This document shows positions 18,695 through 27,591 of a stretch of DNA of 64,000 nucleotides, piece by piece. Position 1 is the first letter of the stretch; the number at the start of each line of letters is the position of its first letter. The DNA is taken from the NCBI GenBank assembly GCA_964577375.1, contig CAZNYW010000003.1, positions 40,802 through 104,801 on the forward strand. Direction: 5' to 3'. Source of the stretch: an uncultured Spirochaetales bacterium. GTDB taxonomy: Bacteria > Spirochaetota > Spirochaetia > DSM-27196 > DATKUC01. A program made the position numbers and the translations under genes. The notes under the pieces were generated by a model that saw only the letters and a program-made list of their open reading frames with translations, did not search any database and had not been told where the DNA came from.

Positions 18695-19819
18695 TTGGAT
18701 CTCGCATTTTTCATTGCGCCACTAGCCGTCTCCGGAATCAGCGCAGCACTTGCGGCGGTTATCAGTATCTCCGACCGCATACTGAACAACTACGGCGATG
18801 TGGATATTAATATCAACAAGGGAAAGAAGAACCTGACGGTGACGGGCGGCGCGCCGCTCCTCATTAGCCTTTCCGAGCAGGGCATCTTCGTACCGTCGGC
18901 ATGCGGTGGACGCGGCAGCTGCGGTGCCTGCAAGGTCAAGGTAGATTCCGACATCGGACCGCACCTTCCCACCGAAACGCCCTACCTGACCAAAGCGGAG
19001 CTGGCCGACAACGTCCATCTCTCCTGCCAGGTGAAGCTCAAGACCAACATCGAAATCGACATTCCCGAAAGCCTGTTCAACGTCAGGCAGTACGACGGGG
19101 TGATAGAGAAGATCGAGGACGTCACCCACGACATCAAGGAGGTCCTGGTCAGGCTGCCGGAGGGCTCGGAGGTGAGCTTCACCAGCGGTCAGTACGGACA
19201 GATCGAAGTTCCTCCCTATGAGAAGATCAAGGAGTCGACCCAGCGCGCCTACTCGATGTCGAGCGCGCCGGCACGCAAGGGCTATCTCGAGTTCCTTGTG
19301 AGGCTCGTTCCCGGCGGAATCGTGACCAGCTACGTTCATCAGTACCTCAAAGAGGGGCAGAAGATGAAGGTGATCGCGCCCTTCGGCGAGTTCATGGTGC
19401 GGGAGACCGACGCGACCATGGTCTGCGTCGCAGGCGGATCGGGGATGGCCCCCTTCAAGTCGATCTTCCAGGACCGCATCGACCGCGGTGTGATGGACCA
19501 GCGGGACATCTGGTATTTCTTCGGCGCCCGGACGAAGAAGGACCTGTTCTATCTGGACTGGCTCGAGGAGCTTCAGTCGAAGTACGAGCGATTCCACTTC
19601 ATCGCGGCACTCTCCGAGCCTCAGCCGGAGGATGACTGGAAGGGCGAGACCGGCCTCATCACCGACGTGCTCGGCAAGTACCTCACTGAAACAATGCCGA
19701 AGGGCGACGTCCGTGAGGGGTATCTCTGCGGAAGCCCCGGCATGCTTGACGCCTGTATGAACGTGATGCGTAAATTCGGCATGACGGATGACAAGATATA
19801 TTTCGACAAGTTCGCCTAG
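18695..19819 (+). CDS. nqrF: NqrF-type subunit (TM helix, plant-type 2Fe-2S ferredoxin domain, FAD/NAD(H) reductase domain)
   Basis: CGGRGSCGACKV...SC 2Fe-2S ligands, RAYSMSS FAD motif, GGSGMAP NAD motif, C-terminal YLCGSPGM...FDKF. TTG start after GGGAGGAAG. Confidence 0.9.
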   Translation: MDLAFFIAPLAVSGISAALAAVISISDRILNNYGDVDININKGKKNLTVTGGAPLLISLSEQGIFVPSACGGRGSCGACKVKVDSDIGPHLPTETPYLTKAELADNVHLSCQVKLKTNIEIDIPESLFNVRQYDGVIEKIEDVTHDIKEVLVRLPEGSEVSFTSGQYGQIEVPPYEKIKESTQRAYSMSSAPARKGYLEFLVRLVPGGIVTSYVHQYLKEGQKMKVIAPFGEFMVRETDATMVCVAGGSGMAPFKSIFQDRIDRGVMDQRDIWYFFGARTKKDLFYLDWLEELQSKYERFHFIAALSEPQPEDDWKGETGLITDVLGKYLTETMPKGDVREGYLCGSPGMLDACMNVMRKFGMTDDKIYFDKFA

Positions 19820-19831
19820 GAGGGTGCGGTC

Positions 19832-20296
19832 ATGAAGATGTCGCCGGAATACGTCAAGGCTCAGGCGAATATGCAGGCGGGTGTCATAACCTCGGACGGT
19901 TTCATGGGAACCGATCATCGGAATCTCACCGACATCATCGAGCAGGATGAAGAGCTGATGACTTCGGTAGGCCTCGAATGGGAGCCGGTGGTTGCGCGGA
20001 TGCGGCATCTTCTGAAAGAGGGCCGCAAGGGACTCGGCGAGCCGGTCACCGTTGACGGCGACTGGATCGTTCAGGTCAGCGAAGCGCGCGGCTTCCTCGC
20101 CTCACCCTTCGAGGATGGGATCTACCGCAAAGTGAATGCGGAGGTTGTGCTGGCCCCGGGCGGCAAGCCTACGGAGGAGAAGCTCTACTACTCGGAGCTC
20201 TCGCTCCACCTGCTGGAAAAGTTCCACTTTCTGCAGGGGCACGGCTCTCCCTTCAGGCTCGAGCCCGCGCGCATCAAGAAGGTGCTCCGGATGTAG
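19832..20296 (+). CDS. hypothetical protein (154 aa), probably co-transcribed with nqrF
   Basis: ORF begins 12 nt after the nqrF stop, has normal amino-acid composition, and is followed by a strong terminator. I recognise no family. Confidence 0.55.
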   Translation: MKMSPEYVKAQANMQAGVITSDGFMGTDHRNLTDIIEQDEELMTSVGLEWEPVVARMRHLLKEGRKGLGEPVTVDGDWIVQVSEARGFLASPFEDGIYRKVNAEVVLAPGGKPTEEKLYYSELSLHLLEKFHFLQGHGSPFRLEPARIKKVLRM

Positions 20297-20334
20297 GAGC
20301 GATTCGCTGCAGTGAAGCGTCAAGCACAAGAGAA

Positions 20335-20365
20335 GGGCCGCGGAAACACGCCGCGGCCCTTTTTG
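20335..20365. terminator. rho-independent, probably bidirectional terminator
   Basis: Perfect 9-bp GC stem, GGGCCGCGG (20335-20343) / CCGCGGCCC (20351-20359), followed by TTTTTG on the + strand and a T-rich tract on the - strand. Lies between two convergent genes. Confidence 0.7.
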
Positions 20366-20403
20366 CTGCAGCGACCCCTCACGGGGTCGGTGAGGTCAAT
20401 GCA

Positions 20404-20844
20404 TCAATGGCCGGCGGCAGCGACCAGCTCGGGCACCTCGATTTTCGTCATCGTGACGTCGACCTTGATTCCCGCCTTCTCGTAGAGCTGTCCCACCGGG
20501 CAGGTCCTCATGACCTTGTCCAGCGTGCGGGAGAGCTTCTCTTCCGGTTCGTTTGATTCAATTCGCACCGTCCCGGTAACGGTCGAAATCGTCGGCTCGT
20601 CGTCCGGTTTCTGAGCATCGATGTCGACGACGATCTTGTGGTAGGAAACATTCGAGTTTCTTGCAACCACCGCCCAGATCGTCGAGATGCAGCCCGAAAG
20701 CGCCATGACGGCAAGTTCGAGCGCGGTCGCTCCGAGGTCGTCGCCACCCTTTGCGTCGGGAAGATCGAGCACCACGCCGTGATGTCTGCCGTTGTCAACA
20801 ATCGATTGATAACAGCCCTGAACCAGCTTTGCGGTCGATTTCAT
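20404..20844 (-). CDS. OsmC/Ohr family peroxiredoxin-like protein
   Basis: OsmC-like size and the conserved ...ALSGCISTIW... Cys region plus a second Cys (MRTCPV). I place the start at MKSTAKL (20844), with AGAGGT 6 nt upstream. Confidence 0.8.
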   Translation of the reverse strand: MKSTAKLVQGCYQSIVDNGRHHGVVLDLPDAKGGDDLGATALELAVMALSGCISTIWAVVARNSNVSYHKIVVDIDAQKPDDEPTISTVTGTVRIESNEPEEKLSRTLDKVMRTCPVGQLYEKAGIKVDVTMTKIEVPELVAAAGH

Positions 20845-20855
20845 GTTTTCACCTC

Positions 20856-21278
20856 TCAATTATGATTACACGTCCATGCGCCCTTCGAGGCGCCGCCGTG
20901 CTGTGAACACTCGTGTCCGTTCTTGTCGGCGTGCCGACCGTCATGCCCGTGGCCGGAACAGACCTGCTCCACGGCCTCGAATCTACCGGCGAGCAGTGCT
21001 TTGGCGGCGCTGTCAGGCGAGCCTGAGGCGCCCGGATGAACGGCGATGCCGGCCATTTCGAGGAGCTCCACAGCTCTGCTGCCGATGCCGCCGACGATTA
21101 CTGCATCGACCCGCGCGGCCCGGAGCACCGATATCGCGGCGCTGTGACCTTCGGGAGCGTTCGGCACCTCCTGTACCGGTCCGGGAAGCCCGTCCCGGTC
21201 TTCGTAAAGACGAAAGGACCTGCACCGTCCGAAGTGATCCGAAACGTTCGTACCATCGCATGCAAACGCTATTCTCAT
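20856..21278 (-). CDS. NifB/NifX-family (dinitrogenase FeMo-cofactor-binding fold) protein with a His/Cys-rich C-terminal tail
   Basis: MRIAFACDG..VSDHFGRC..F.. N-terminus typical of the NifX/NifB-C domain. The tail CSGHGHDGRHADKNGHECSQHGG...CNHN looks metal-binding. Confidence 0.75.
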   Translation of the reverse strand: MRIAFACDGTNVSDHFGRCRSFRLYEDRDGLPGPVQEVPNAPEGHSAAISVLRAARVDAVIVGGIGSRAVELLEMAGIAVHPGASGSPDSAAKALLAGRFEAVEQVCSGHGHDGRHADKNGHECSQHGGASKGAWTCNHN

Positions 21279-21294
21279 TCGCCTGCTCCTGTTG

Positions 21295-21810
21295 TCAGCT
21301 GTTTCCGCCGCCCGTACGGCCGGCCGCGCATGACGGGCAGATCCCGTGAAAGTAGATGCTGTGTCCGGTTACCTCGTAACCGAAACGCTCTTCGAGCGCC
21401 GCCTCTGTTCTCTTCATGAGCTCGACCTCTTCCGCCGAAAACTCTGCATACCGCGTCACCCTTCTGCAGCTGGTGCAGATCAGATGGTGATGATGATCCG
21501 CGCCCGCCCCCTCGGAAATTTCGTATCGCGCTTTGCCGTCGCCGGCCTCAACGCGATCCACCTCACCCAGCTCGTTGAGCAGCGCGAGGGTCCGGTAGAC
21601 GGTAGTGAGCCCGATCCTGGGATTGCGCCGATGCGCACCAAAATAGAGCTCCTCGGCGGTGAGACATTCGTCGCTCGCAGACAGCATCTCGATGAGGAGC
21701 TTGCGAGGTTCGGTCGTTCGGAAGCCGCTTGCCGAAAGACGGCTGCGCGCGTCCCCGCCTTCGTTCGCTTTTCTGCTCTTTTTCATAATGATAATGATTT
21801 TCATTTTCAT
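21295..21810 (-). CDS. fur: Fur-family metal-responsive transcriptional regulator
   Basis: ...TEPRKLLIEML... wHTH, HHHHLICTSCRRV and GICPSC (two CxxC pairs). I prefer the start at 21810 (GGAG-N5-ATG); in-frame alternatives are 21858 and 21786. Confidence 0.85.
   Translation of the reverse strand: MKMKIIIIMKKSRKANEGGDARSRLSASGFRTTEPRKLLIEMLSASDECLTAEELYFGAHRRNPRIGLTTVYRTLALLNELGEVDRVEAGDGKARYEISEGAGADHHHHLICTSCRRVTRYAEFSAEEVELMKRTEAALEERFGYEVTGHSIYFHGICPSCAAGRTGGGNS
21790..21808 (-). promoter_or_regulatory. Fur box (17 of 19 match to GATAATGATAATCATTATC)
   Basis: The minus strand reads GAAAATGAAAATCATTATC. It sits at the extreme 5' end of the fur gene and accounts for the odd MKMKIIIIMKK N-terminus. 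It is the only such AT-rich 19-mer I noticed in the window. Confidence 0.6.
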
Positions 21811-21916
21811 TATGACTCCATACCGGGCTGCTGTCAAGCTCAAACGGCCGGGATACATTTTCCGGCTGCAGCGCGGTTATTGACATATGCGGTGTGCGAT
21901 CGCATATTAGGCGGCA

Positions 21917-24900
21917 GTGACAACAATCGGCCGTTCCCGGCACCTGATCGGATTCACGGTTCTTGCGATCATCGCCTTCGGATGCGCGGTCGCCGTCTCG
22001 GCTGAGGCGGAGCCGCAGCAGATCAGGCTTCCTGCCGCACCCTTCCACGGCTACCGGGAGCTGCGGACGCGCCATTTCGTCTTCATATTCGAGCCACAGG
22101 ACCGCGAAGCCGCCGATAAACTCACCTCCTTCGCTGAAGAGGTCTACGCGAAGCTTTCCCGGTTTCTGCACTCGGCGCCGGACCACATCAACTGCCTGCT
22201 CATCGGACGGACCGATGCGGCTAACGGCTATTTCAACCCGCTGCCGCCGCATCACATCGGACTCTACCTCGCCTCACCCGATACACCCGTGATCGGCGCC
22301 CGCTCCGAAGACTGGCTCAGGCTGCTCTTTACCCACGAGCTCACGCACTACATCCATCTCGTCTATGATCGCGGGTTTTTCCACGCTCTGTCCCGCGTCT
22401 TCGGCGGCACTGCCGCAAGCGGGGATGGACTTTTTCTTCCCGGCTGGACGGTAGAGGGTATCGCCGTAAACACCGAAACCCTCTTCTCGAATGGCGGCCG
22501 CGGCCGCAACCCCTATTTCGAGCTCTACTACCGGGACCTGATCCTCGAACGCCGGATGTTCGGCCTGGGACAGGCGGGGTACGATGCCTACGGAAGGCCG
22601 GAAGGCAGGGTCTATATCGCCGGTTATCTGATGATCGATTACATCATCACCCACTTCGGCGAAGATGCGTTCTACCGGATACATAACGACTACGTTCGCT
22701 TTCCCTTTGCCGGGCTCGAGCCCGCGGTGAAAAGGGAAACCGGGATGAGCCTGTCGTCGATTTACGCGTCGCTCATCGCCGAGCTTGGAAACCGCTATGC
22801 GGGGGCCGAAAGCCTTCCGTCGGGCACCCTCGAAAGCCCTGCGCAAACGGGAGATTTCTATCTCCCGGCAGTCACTTCGGACGGACTGTTCGAGTACCGG
22901 GTGCTGCCCGATCGGAAGACGGCGATAGTCCGGGTCGACCCGGTGACCCGGTCCGTCGATACGGTGGTCACCGCATCCCTCACCGATCCTGAGAGTTTTT
23001 CGGTGACACCCGACGGCAGGACGCTTGTCTTCAGCGCCTTCTCGGTGGACGCGGCGAGCGCCGGTGGTCCGCGGACGGTAGCCGATCTCTACCTCTGCGA
23101 CACGGCAAGCGGACGGGTGACGCGGCTCACCTGGAACGCGCACCTCGTGCAGCCGGCGATAGCGCCGGACGGCTCACGGGTCGTTGCGCTCCAGCGCATA
23201 GGGCTGCATCGGCGGCTGGTAGAATTTCGGCTCGAGCGCGACTCACCCGAGGGCGGGCTTCGGCTGCTCTACTCCGACAGGCGCGCGGATCTCTACACCC
23301 CCGTTTTCTCGCCGGACGGAACCTCGATCGCCCTTGTCCGCGATCTCGACGGCAGGCAGACCGTTGTAGCGGCTCCGCTGGCAAGCCTCGCCCCGATGAC
23401 TCTCCCGGCCGACACGCCGGTGGCACTCCAGGCGGACAGGGACTGGAACAGCGGGCTTCTGAAGGAGGTCGCCCGCTTCCATGCCGGGGAGGAGTACTAT
23501 CCCTCCTTCGCGGGAAGCGACGCCGTCCTCTATACGGCGGACCGTGGCGGCGTTCTCGCACTCTATGAGGCAAACATCTCGACCGGCGAGGTGCACGAGG
23601 TGCTCCGCGACCGCGTCGGCGCCGCACGCGGCGTGCGGTACGGGAACGGCATCCTTTACGAGACAATGGCCTCGACCGGAACTGCGATACGATATCAGGA
23701 AGGATCGAGCCTCATCGATTCAGAGCTTTCCGCCTCCTCGCAGCCGCCGGCCGGGCTTCCGGCCAAAAATCAGGCCGCAGTTCAGTCGGCGCCGGCCGGA
23801 CCGCCCGCGAAATCGACCCGTTACGCGAACGGTGCGCCTCCCGACTTCTGGCTGCCCTATCCGACCTTCACGAGCTCGGCCGCGCGGCCGCTCGAGATCG
23901 GCCCGGCCCTCCTCACCTACGGTGCCAACATCACCGGAACCTTTGCCTGGACGGCCTACGGCGGATTCTTCCCCGGTGTGCTGCAACCCGCAGGCGGGCT
24001 TCAACTGCACCTCACCCGCGGCATGCTTGGACTCGACTACCGGTTTTCGCAGTACTACGGTCTGGACGCCTCTCCCTACGAGAGCCTTTCGACCCCCGTC
24101 GAGAATACCACGCAGCGGTTGGAGCTTTCACTTACACCGCTCGCCGCGCTCGAGCTCGGAACCTCACGGGTGTTATCGCTTTCTGCGGGCGTCGTCTATT
24201 CTGTCGACCGCACCGCTCCGGCGGATTTCTCCTTTGCCGAGGGCTTCGACCCCTCGAAAACATCCGGCAGCCAGGCGCTCATCCTCACCGGCGGGCTCGG
24301 TTTCGGCAGCGCCGGGCCGAGCGCTCCGCTCGCCCTCTATCCTGCCGGCAGGTTTCACGCCAGCCTCTCCGCAGACTCGATGCTGCCGGCGCTCGGACAG
24401 GCCTACCGCGGCATTCACTTCGACGCCCGGCTCGGCGGATCGATTCCCTCGCCGTTCAGGCTTCAGTCGATAACCGTGTCCATTGCGGCGAGCTACGATA
24501 CCATGCAGATACCGGATTACCGCTCCGTACTCCCACCGGGCTTCACCTCAATACGGCAGGCCGGCTCCGCCCTCGATACCCCGGGCATTGCGATGGCTCT
24601 GCTCCGATACGGCTTTACGATAGCTTCGACCGACCTTCCCCTGCCCTTCGATTCCGGACTCGCCGCATTGGGGGCCTCGGTATTCGCCGCATATTCGATC
24701 GGCTTTGATCCAGGCATCATGGCCCTGGGGCCGTCGAACTCCGGAAGCGCGGCAGTTGCCGGGGACAACCGTATGGCGGCGGGAGTGGACCTCCTCTTCA
24801 TGCTTGCCCGAAATACTGTTAAGATTCCGCTCACCGTGGGCACGGCGCTCCGGTTCGATCCGACGTTCCGGCAGGCGCCGACTTTTCCTTCGGACTGGGG

Positions 24901-24979
24901 TTTCTACGTGAGTTTCGGAACGTATCAGCTGTATCCGGGCAATGGAGCCCTGACGGCAGCAAGGGACCGGTTTCGATGA
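21917..24979 (+). CDS. large secreted/outer-membrane protein: signal peptide, HExxH metallopeptidase-like N-domain, TolB-like (PD40) beta-propeller repeats, Gly/Ser/aromatic-rich C-terminal putative beta-barrel
   Basis: Signal-like LIGFTVLAIIAFGCAVAVSAEA. FTHELTHYIH (HExxH). Repeats TPDGRTLVFSA, APDGSRVVAL, SPDGTSIALV. The C-terminal 350 aa have an alternating pattern. GTG start. Confidence 0.75.
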   Translation: MTTIGRSRHLIGFTVLAIIAFGCAVAVSAEAEPQQIRLPAAPFHGYRELRTRHFVFIFEPQDREAADKLTSFAEEVYAKLSRFLHSAPDHINCLLIGRTDAANGYFNPLPPHHIGLYLASPDTPVIGARSEDWLRLLFTHELTHYIHLVYDRGFFHALSRVFGGTAASGDGLFLPGWTVEGIAVNTETLFSNGGRGRNPYFELYYRDLILERRMFGLGQAGYDAYGRPEGRVYIAGYLMIDYIITHFGEDAFYRIHNDYVRFPFAGLEPAVKRETGMSLSSIYASLIAELGNRYAGAESLPSGTLESPAQTGDFYLPAVTSDGLFEYRVLPDRKTAIVRVDPVTRSVDTVVTASLTDPESFSVTPDGRTLVFSAFSVDAASAGGPRTVADLYLCDTASGRVTRLTWNAHLVQPAIAPDGSRVVALQRIGLHRRLVEFRLERDSPEGGLRLLYSDRRADLYTPVFSPDGTSIALVRDLDGRQTVVAAPLASLAPMTLPADTPVALQADRDWNSGLLKEVARFHAGEEYYPSFAGSDAVLYTADRGGVLALYEANISTGEVHEVLRDRVGAARGVRYGNGILYETMASTGTAIRYQEGSSLIDSELSASSQPPAGLPAKNQAAVQSAPAGPPAKSTRYANGAPPDFWLPYPTFTSSAARPLEIGPALLTYGANITGTFAWTAYGGFFPGVLQPAGGLQLHLTRGMLGLDYRFSQYYGLDASPYESLSTPVENTTQRLELSLTPLAALELGTSRVLSLSAGVVYSVDRTAPADFSFAEGFDPSKTSGSQALILTGGLGFGSAGPSAPLALYPAGRFHASLSADSMLPALGQAYRGIHFDARLGGSIPSPFRLQSITVSIAASYDTMQIPDYRSVLPPGFTSIRQAGSALDTPGIAMALLRYGFTIASTDLPLPFDSGLAALGASVFAAYSIGFDPGIMALGPSNSGSAAVAGDNRMAAGVDLLFMLARNTVKIPLTVGTALRFDPTFRQAPTFPSDWGFYVSFGTYQLYPGNGALTAARDRFR

Positions 24980-25581
24980 CGGCTGCAAATCGCGCGGACC
25001 CGGCGCACCGCTTGCCGGTGTTCCTCATGGGAATGAAGCACAGCGGAAAAACCACCATCGGGAGAAGACTGGCAGAGCTGTGGAACTGCCGGTTTCAGGA
25101 CCTGGACGACTACGTGGTCTCCGACTACCTGTGCGGCCCGAAGGGTTCCACTGCATCGGGAAGCGTGGGCATCCGCGACGTCTACCGAATCCTCGGGCTG
25201 GACGCATTCAAGGAGGCCGAGGCCCGCGCGTCCGAAGCCATGATCGACGCGGCGAAGGAGGTCGGGTACCGGGCGGTGGCTGCCCTCGGCGGCGGAACCA
25301 TCGAAAACAATGCCGCCATGAAGACTCTGTCGCGTCGCGGCACCCTTGTCTATCTGGAGGAGGAGTTCGATCTGCTTTTTGCGAGGATCGTCAAGGGCGG
25401 CACGCCCGCCTTTCTCGATCCCGCCGATCCCGAGGCTTCGTTCAGAGCGCTGTATGAAAAGCGTACTGCCCTGTACAGACAGAGGGCCGCTATTTCGGTA
25501 CGATTGGCCGGGCTGAGCATCGAGCCGGCGCTCGAACTGGTGCACCAGAAGATCGAGGAGTACATGAATGGCGGGCAATAG
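24976..25581 (+). CDS. aroK: shikimate kinase
   Basis: P-loop GMKHSGKTTIGRRLA, and ...LGGG... (lid). ATGA overlap with the upstream stop. Confidence 0.88.
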   Translation: MTAANRADPAHRLPVFLMGMKHSGKTTIGRRLAELWNCRFQDLDDYVVSDYLCGPKGSTASGSVGIRDVYRILGLDAFKEAEARASEAMIDAAKEVGYRAVAALGGGTIENNAAMKTLSRRGTLVYLEEEFDLLFARIVKGGTPAFLDPADPEASFRALYEKRTALYRQRAAISVRLAGLSIEPALELVHQKIEEYMNGGQ

Positions 25582-26623
25582 CTTTGGGCAGACATTTCGA
25601 ATAACCACCTTCGGCGAATCCCACGGCGGCGGAGTGGGAGTGATTGTCGACGGTGTCACGCCCGGAGTCGAGCTCTCCGCCTCGGACGTGCAGGAACAGC
25701 TCGACCGGCGCAAGCCGGGGCAATCATACATCACAACCCCGCGCCAGGAGCTCGACACCGTCAATCTGCTTTCCGGCGTTTTCCAGGGCATGACAACCGG
25801 CACACCCCTGCTGATGATCCTGTACAACAAGGATGCCGACCCCTCCGCGTACGACAATATCAAGGACCTCTTCCGGCCCGGCCACGCCGACTTCACCTAC
25901 TACAAAAAGTATGGGATTCGCGACTGGCGCGGCAGCGGACGAGCCTCCGGACGCGAGACCGCCGGCAGGGTCGCTGCCGGGGCCGTCGCGCGCAAGCTGC
26001 TCGCGCGCAGAGGGGTATCGGTCCTCGCGTATACGCTCAAGGCTGCCGGTATCAGCTGCGAAAAGTTCGACCCGGAGGCAATCGAGAAAAATGCTCTGCG
26101 CGCCTGCGACCCCGCGGCCGCCGAAAAGATGCTGGAAAAGATTACCCGCATCAAGGACGACAACGATTCGGCCGGCGGGATCATCGAGTGCCGCGTACGC
26201 GGCGTCACACCCGGGATTGGCGAGCCGGTCTTCGACAAGCTGGACGCCGAGATCGCCCATGCGATGCTCTCCATCGGCGCAATCAAGGGAATCGAGTTCG
26301 GCGCGGGTTTCCGGGTCTCCGACATGCGCGGCAGTGAGCACAACGACACGATGGACGCGAACGGTTTCCGCACCAACAACGCCGGAGGAATAATCGGCGG
26401 CATAAGCACAGGCGAGGAGATCATCTTCCGCGTCGCAGTGAAGCCTACCTCCTCCATTGCGAAAGCTCAGCAGACCGTCGACCTCACGGGTGCGGAACGA
26501 ACGATTCGCACCGAAGGACGCCACGACGCCTGCATCTGCCCGCGGGTGGTCCCGGTGGTGGAAGCGATGGTCAGCATCGTACTCGAGGATCATTACAAGC
26601 GGCAGGCGGCGATGCTCGGTTGA
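25568..26623 (+). CDS. aroC: chorismate synthase
   Basis: FRITTFGESHGGGVG, RPGHADFTY, SGRASGRETA, and GGISTGE signatures. Confidence 0.95.
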   Translation: MAGNSFGQTFRITTFGESHGGGVGVIVDGVTPGVELSASDVQEQLDRRKPGQSYITTPRQELDTVNLLSGVFQGMTTGTPLLMILYNKDADPSAYDNIKDLFRPGHADFTYYKKYGIRDWRGSGRASGRETAGRVAAGAVARKLLARRGVSVLAYTLKAAGISCEKFDPEAIEKNALRACDPAAAEKMLEKITRIKDDNDSAGGIIECRVRGVTPGIGEPVFDKLDAEIAHAMLSIGAIKGIEFGAGFRVSDMRGSEHNDTMDANGFRTNNAGGIIGGISTGEEIIFRVAVKPTSSIAKAQQTVDLTGAERTIRTEGRHDACICPRVVPVVEAMVSIVLEDHYKRQAAMLG

Positions 26624-26649
26624 AACACCGGGTCCTCCGGACAAAAAAA

Positions 26650-26679
26650 GGCCACCGCTTCACGGTGGCCTTTCGTTTT
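26650..26679. terminator. rho-independent terminator between the convergent aroC and rubredoxin genes
   Basis: A-run, then stem GGCCACCG (26650-26657) / CGGTGGCC (26663-26670), then TTTCGTTTT. Confidence 0.7.
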
Positions 26680-26702
26680 ACGCGCCCGTTGGAACGGAGC
26701 GC

Positions 26703-26864
26703 TTACTCTTCCGGGGAAAAATCCTCTTTCGCGGCACCGCACATCGGGCAGACCCAGTCTTCGGGAAGCTTCTCGAACGAGGTCCCGGGCTCGATACCGC
26801 CGTCGGGGTCACCCTCTTCCGGATCGTAAATGTAGCCGCATACATTACACACGTATTTCTGCAT
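26703..26864 (-). CDS. rubredoxin (53 aa; below the ORF-track length cut-off)
   Basis: My own translation: [53 protein letters not shown]. It carries the CxxCG and CPxCG motifs. AAGGAG lies 6 nt upstream of the ATG. Confidence 0.9.
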   Translation of the reverse strand: MQKYVCNVCGYIYDPEEGDPDGGIEPGTSFEKLPEDWVCPMCGAAKEDFSPEE

Positions 26865-26974
26865 CAGCATCTCCTTGCTATTCTTTTCATATACGAGTTA
26901 TTTGTGGTTAGTATACCCCGAAAATCTATCACACAAGCGCGGAGCTGTTAAGACCGGGCTGCTTGCTGAGAGGG

Positions 26975-27472
26975 CTACTCTTCGCCCCTGCTTCCGAGCT
27001 CCCGGTCGACCATGAACAGCCCCTGCGCTGATTCGCCGACCATCTTCAGCTGTTTCACGATCGCGATGGTCTGAGCCTCTTCCTCCACCTGCTCGTCGAC
27101 AAACCACTTGAGGAACGATTCGGTCATCACGTCCTTTTCCTCCCGTGCCGACTGCATCAGCTTCTGGAAGCATTCGGTGATGTGCTGCTCGTGCTTGTAC
27201 GCCGCTTCGAAAGCAGCTGCCGGGCTGTCCCATCGGTCCTGCGGACGCGACAACGCGTCCATAACGGCGCGCCCCTCACGTTCGACAATGAAGTGGTAGA
27301 TGCGCATTCCATGGCCGATCTCTTCCTGCGCCTGCTTGCGCATCCAGGATGCAAGACCGGGCAGGTCCTTGTCATCGAAATAGGCTCCCATTGCGAGGTA
27401 GAGATAGGCGGAAGCGAATTCTTCATTGATCTGCTTGTTGAGCTCTTTCGTGAGTCTGTCTCCGATCACCAT
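26975..27472 (-). CDS. non-haem ferritin
   Basis: LNKQINEEFASAYLYLAMGAYF...EEIGHGMR...EQVEEE ferroxidase-centre pattern; 165 aa. Confidence 0.9.
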   Translation of the reverse strand: MVIGDRLTKELNKQINEEFASAYLYLAMGAYFDDKDLPGLASWMRKQAQEEIGHGMRIYHFIVEREGRAVMDALSRPQDRWDSPAAAFEAAYKHEQHITECFQKLMQSAREEKDVMTESFLKWFVDEQVEEEAQTIAIVKQLKMVGESAQGLFMVDRELGSRGEE

Positions 27473-27591
27473 TTTGTCCTCCCAAATTCGTTAGGCGTGT
27501 GTTTGGGTAATAATATATTGAGTTTGGTCCTTCCGGACGAGCAGAAACGAAGGAAATTTGGGCGGCACCGTGGTGGGTACCGCCCGCTCCG

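Noticed and set aside
21896-21903. GCGATCGC (cyanobacterial HIP1 palindrome)
   Set aside because: I saw only this one occurrence in the window, so it is not a HIP1-type dispersed repeat. I treat it only as the core of the local 7-9-7 palindrome.
27556-27585. Hairpin GGGCGG...CCGCCC after rubrerythrin as an intrinsic terminator
   Set aside because: The stem is only 6 bp, and the downstream tract on the coding strand is AAATTTCC rather than a U-run. That is too weak to call.
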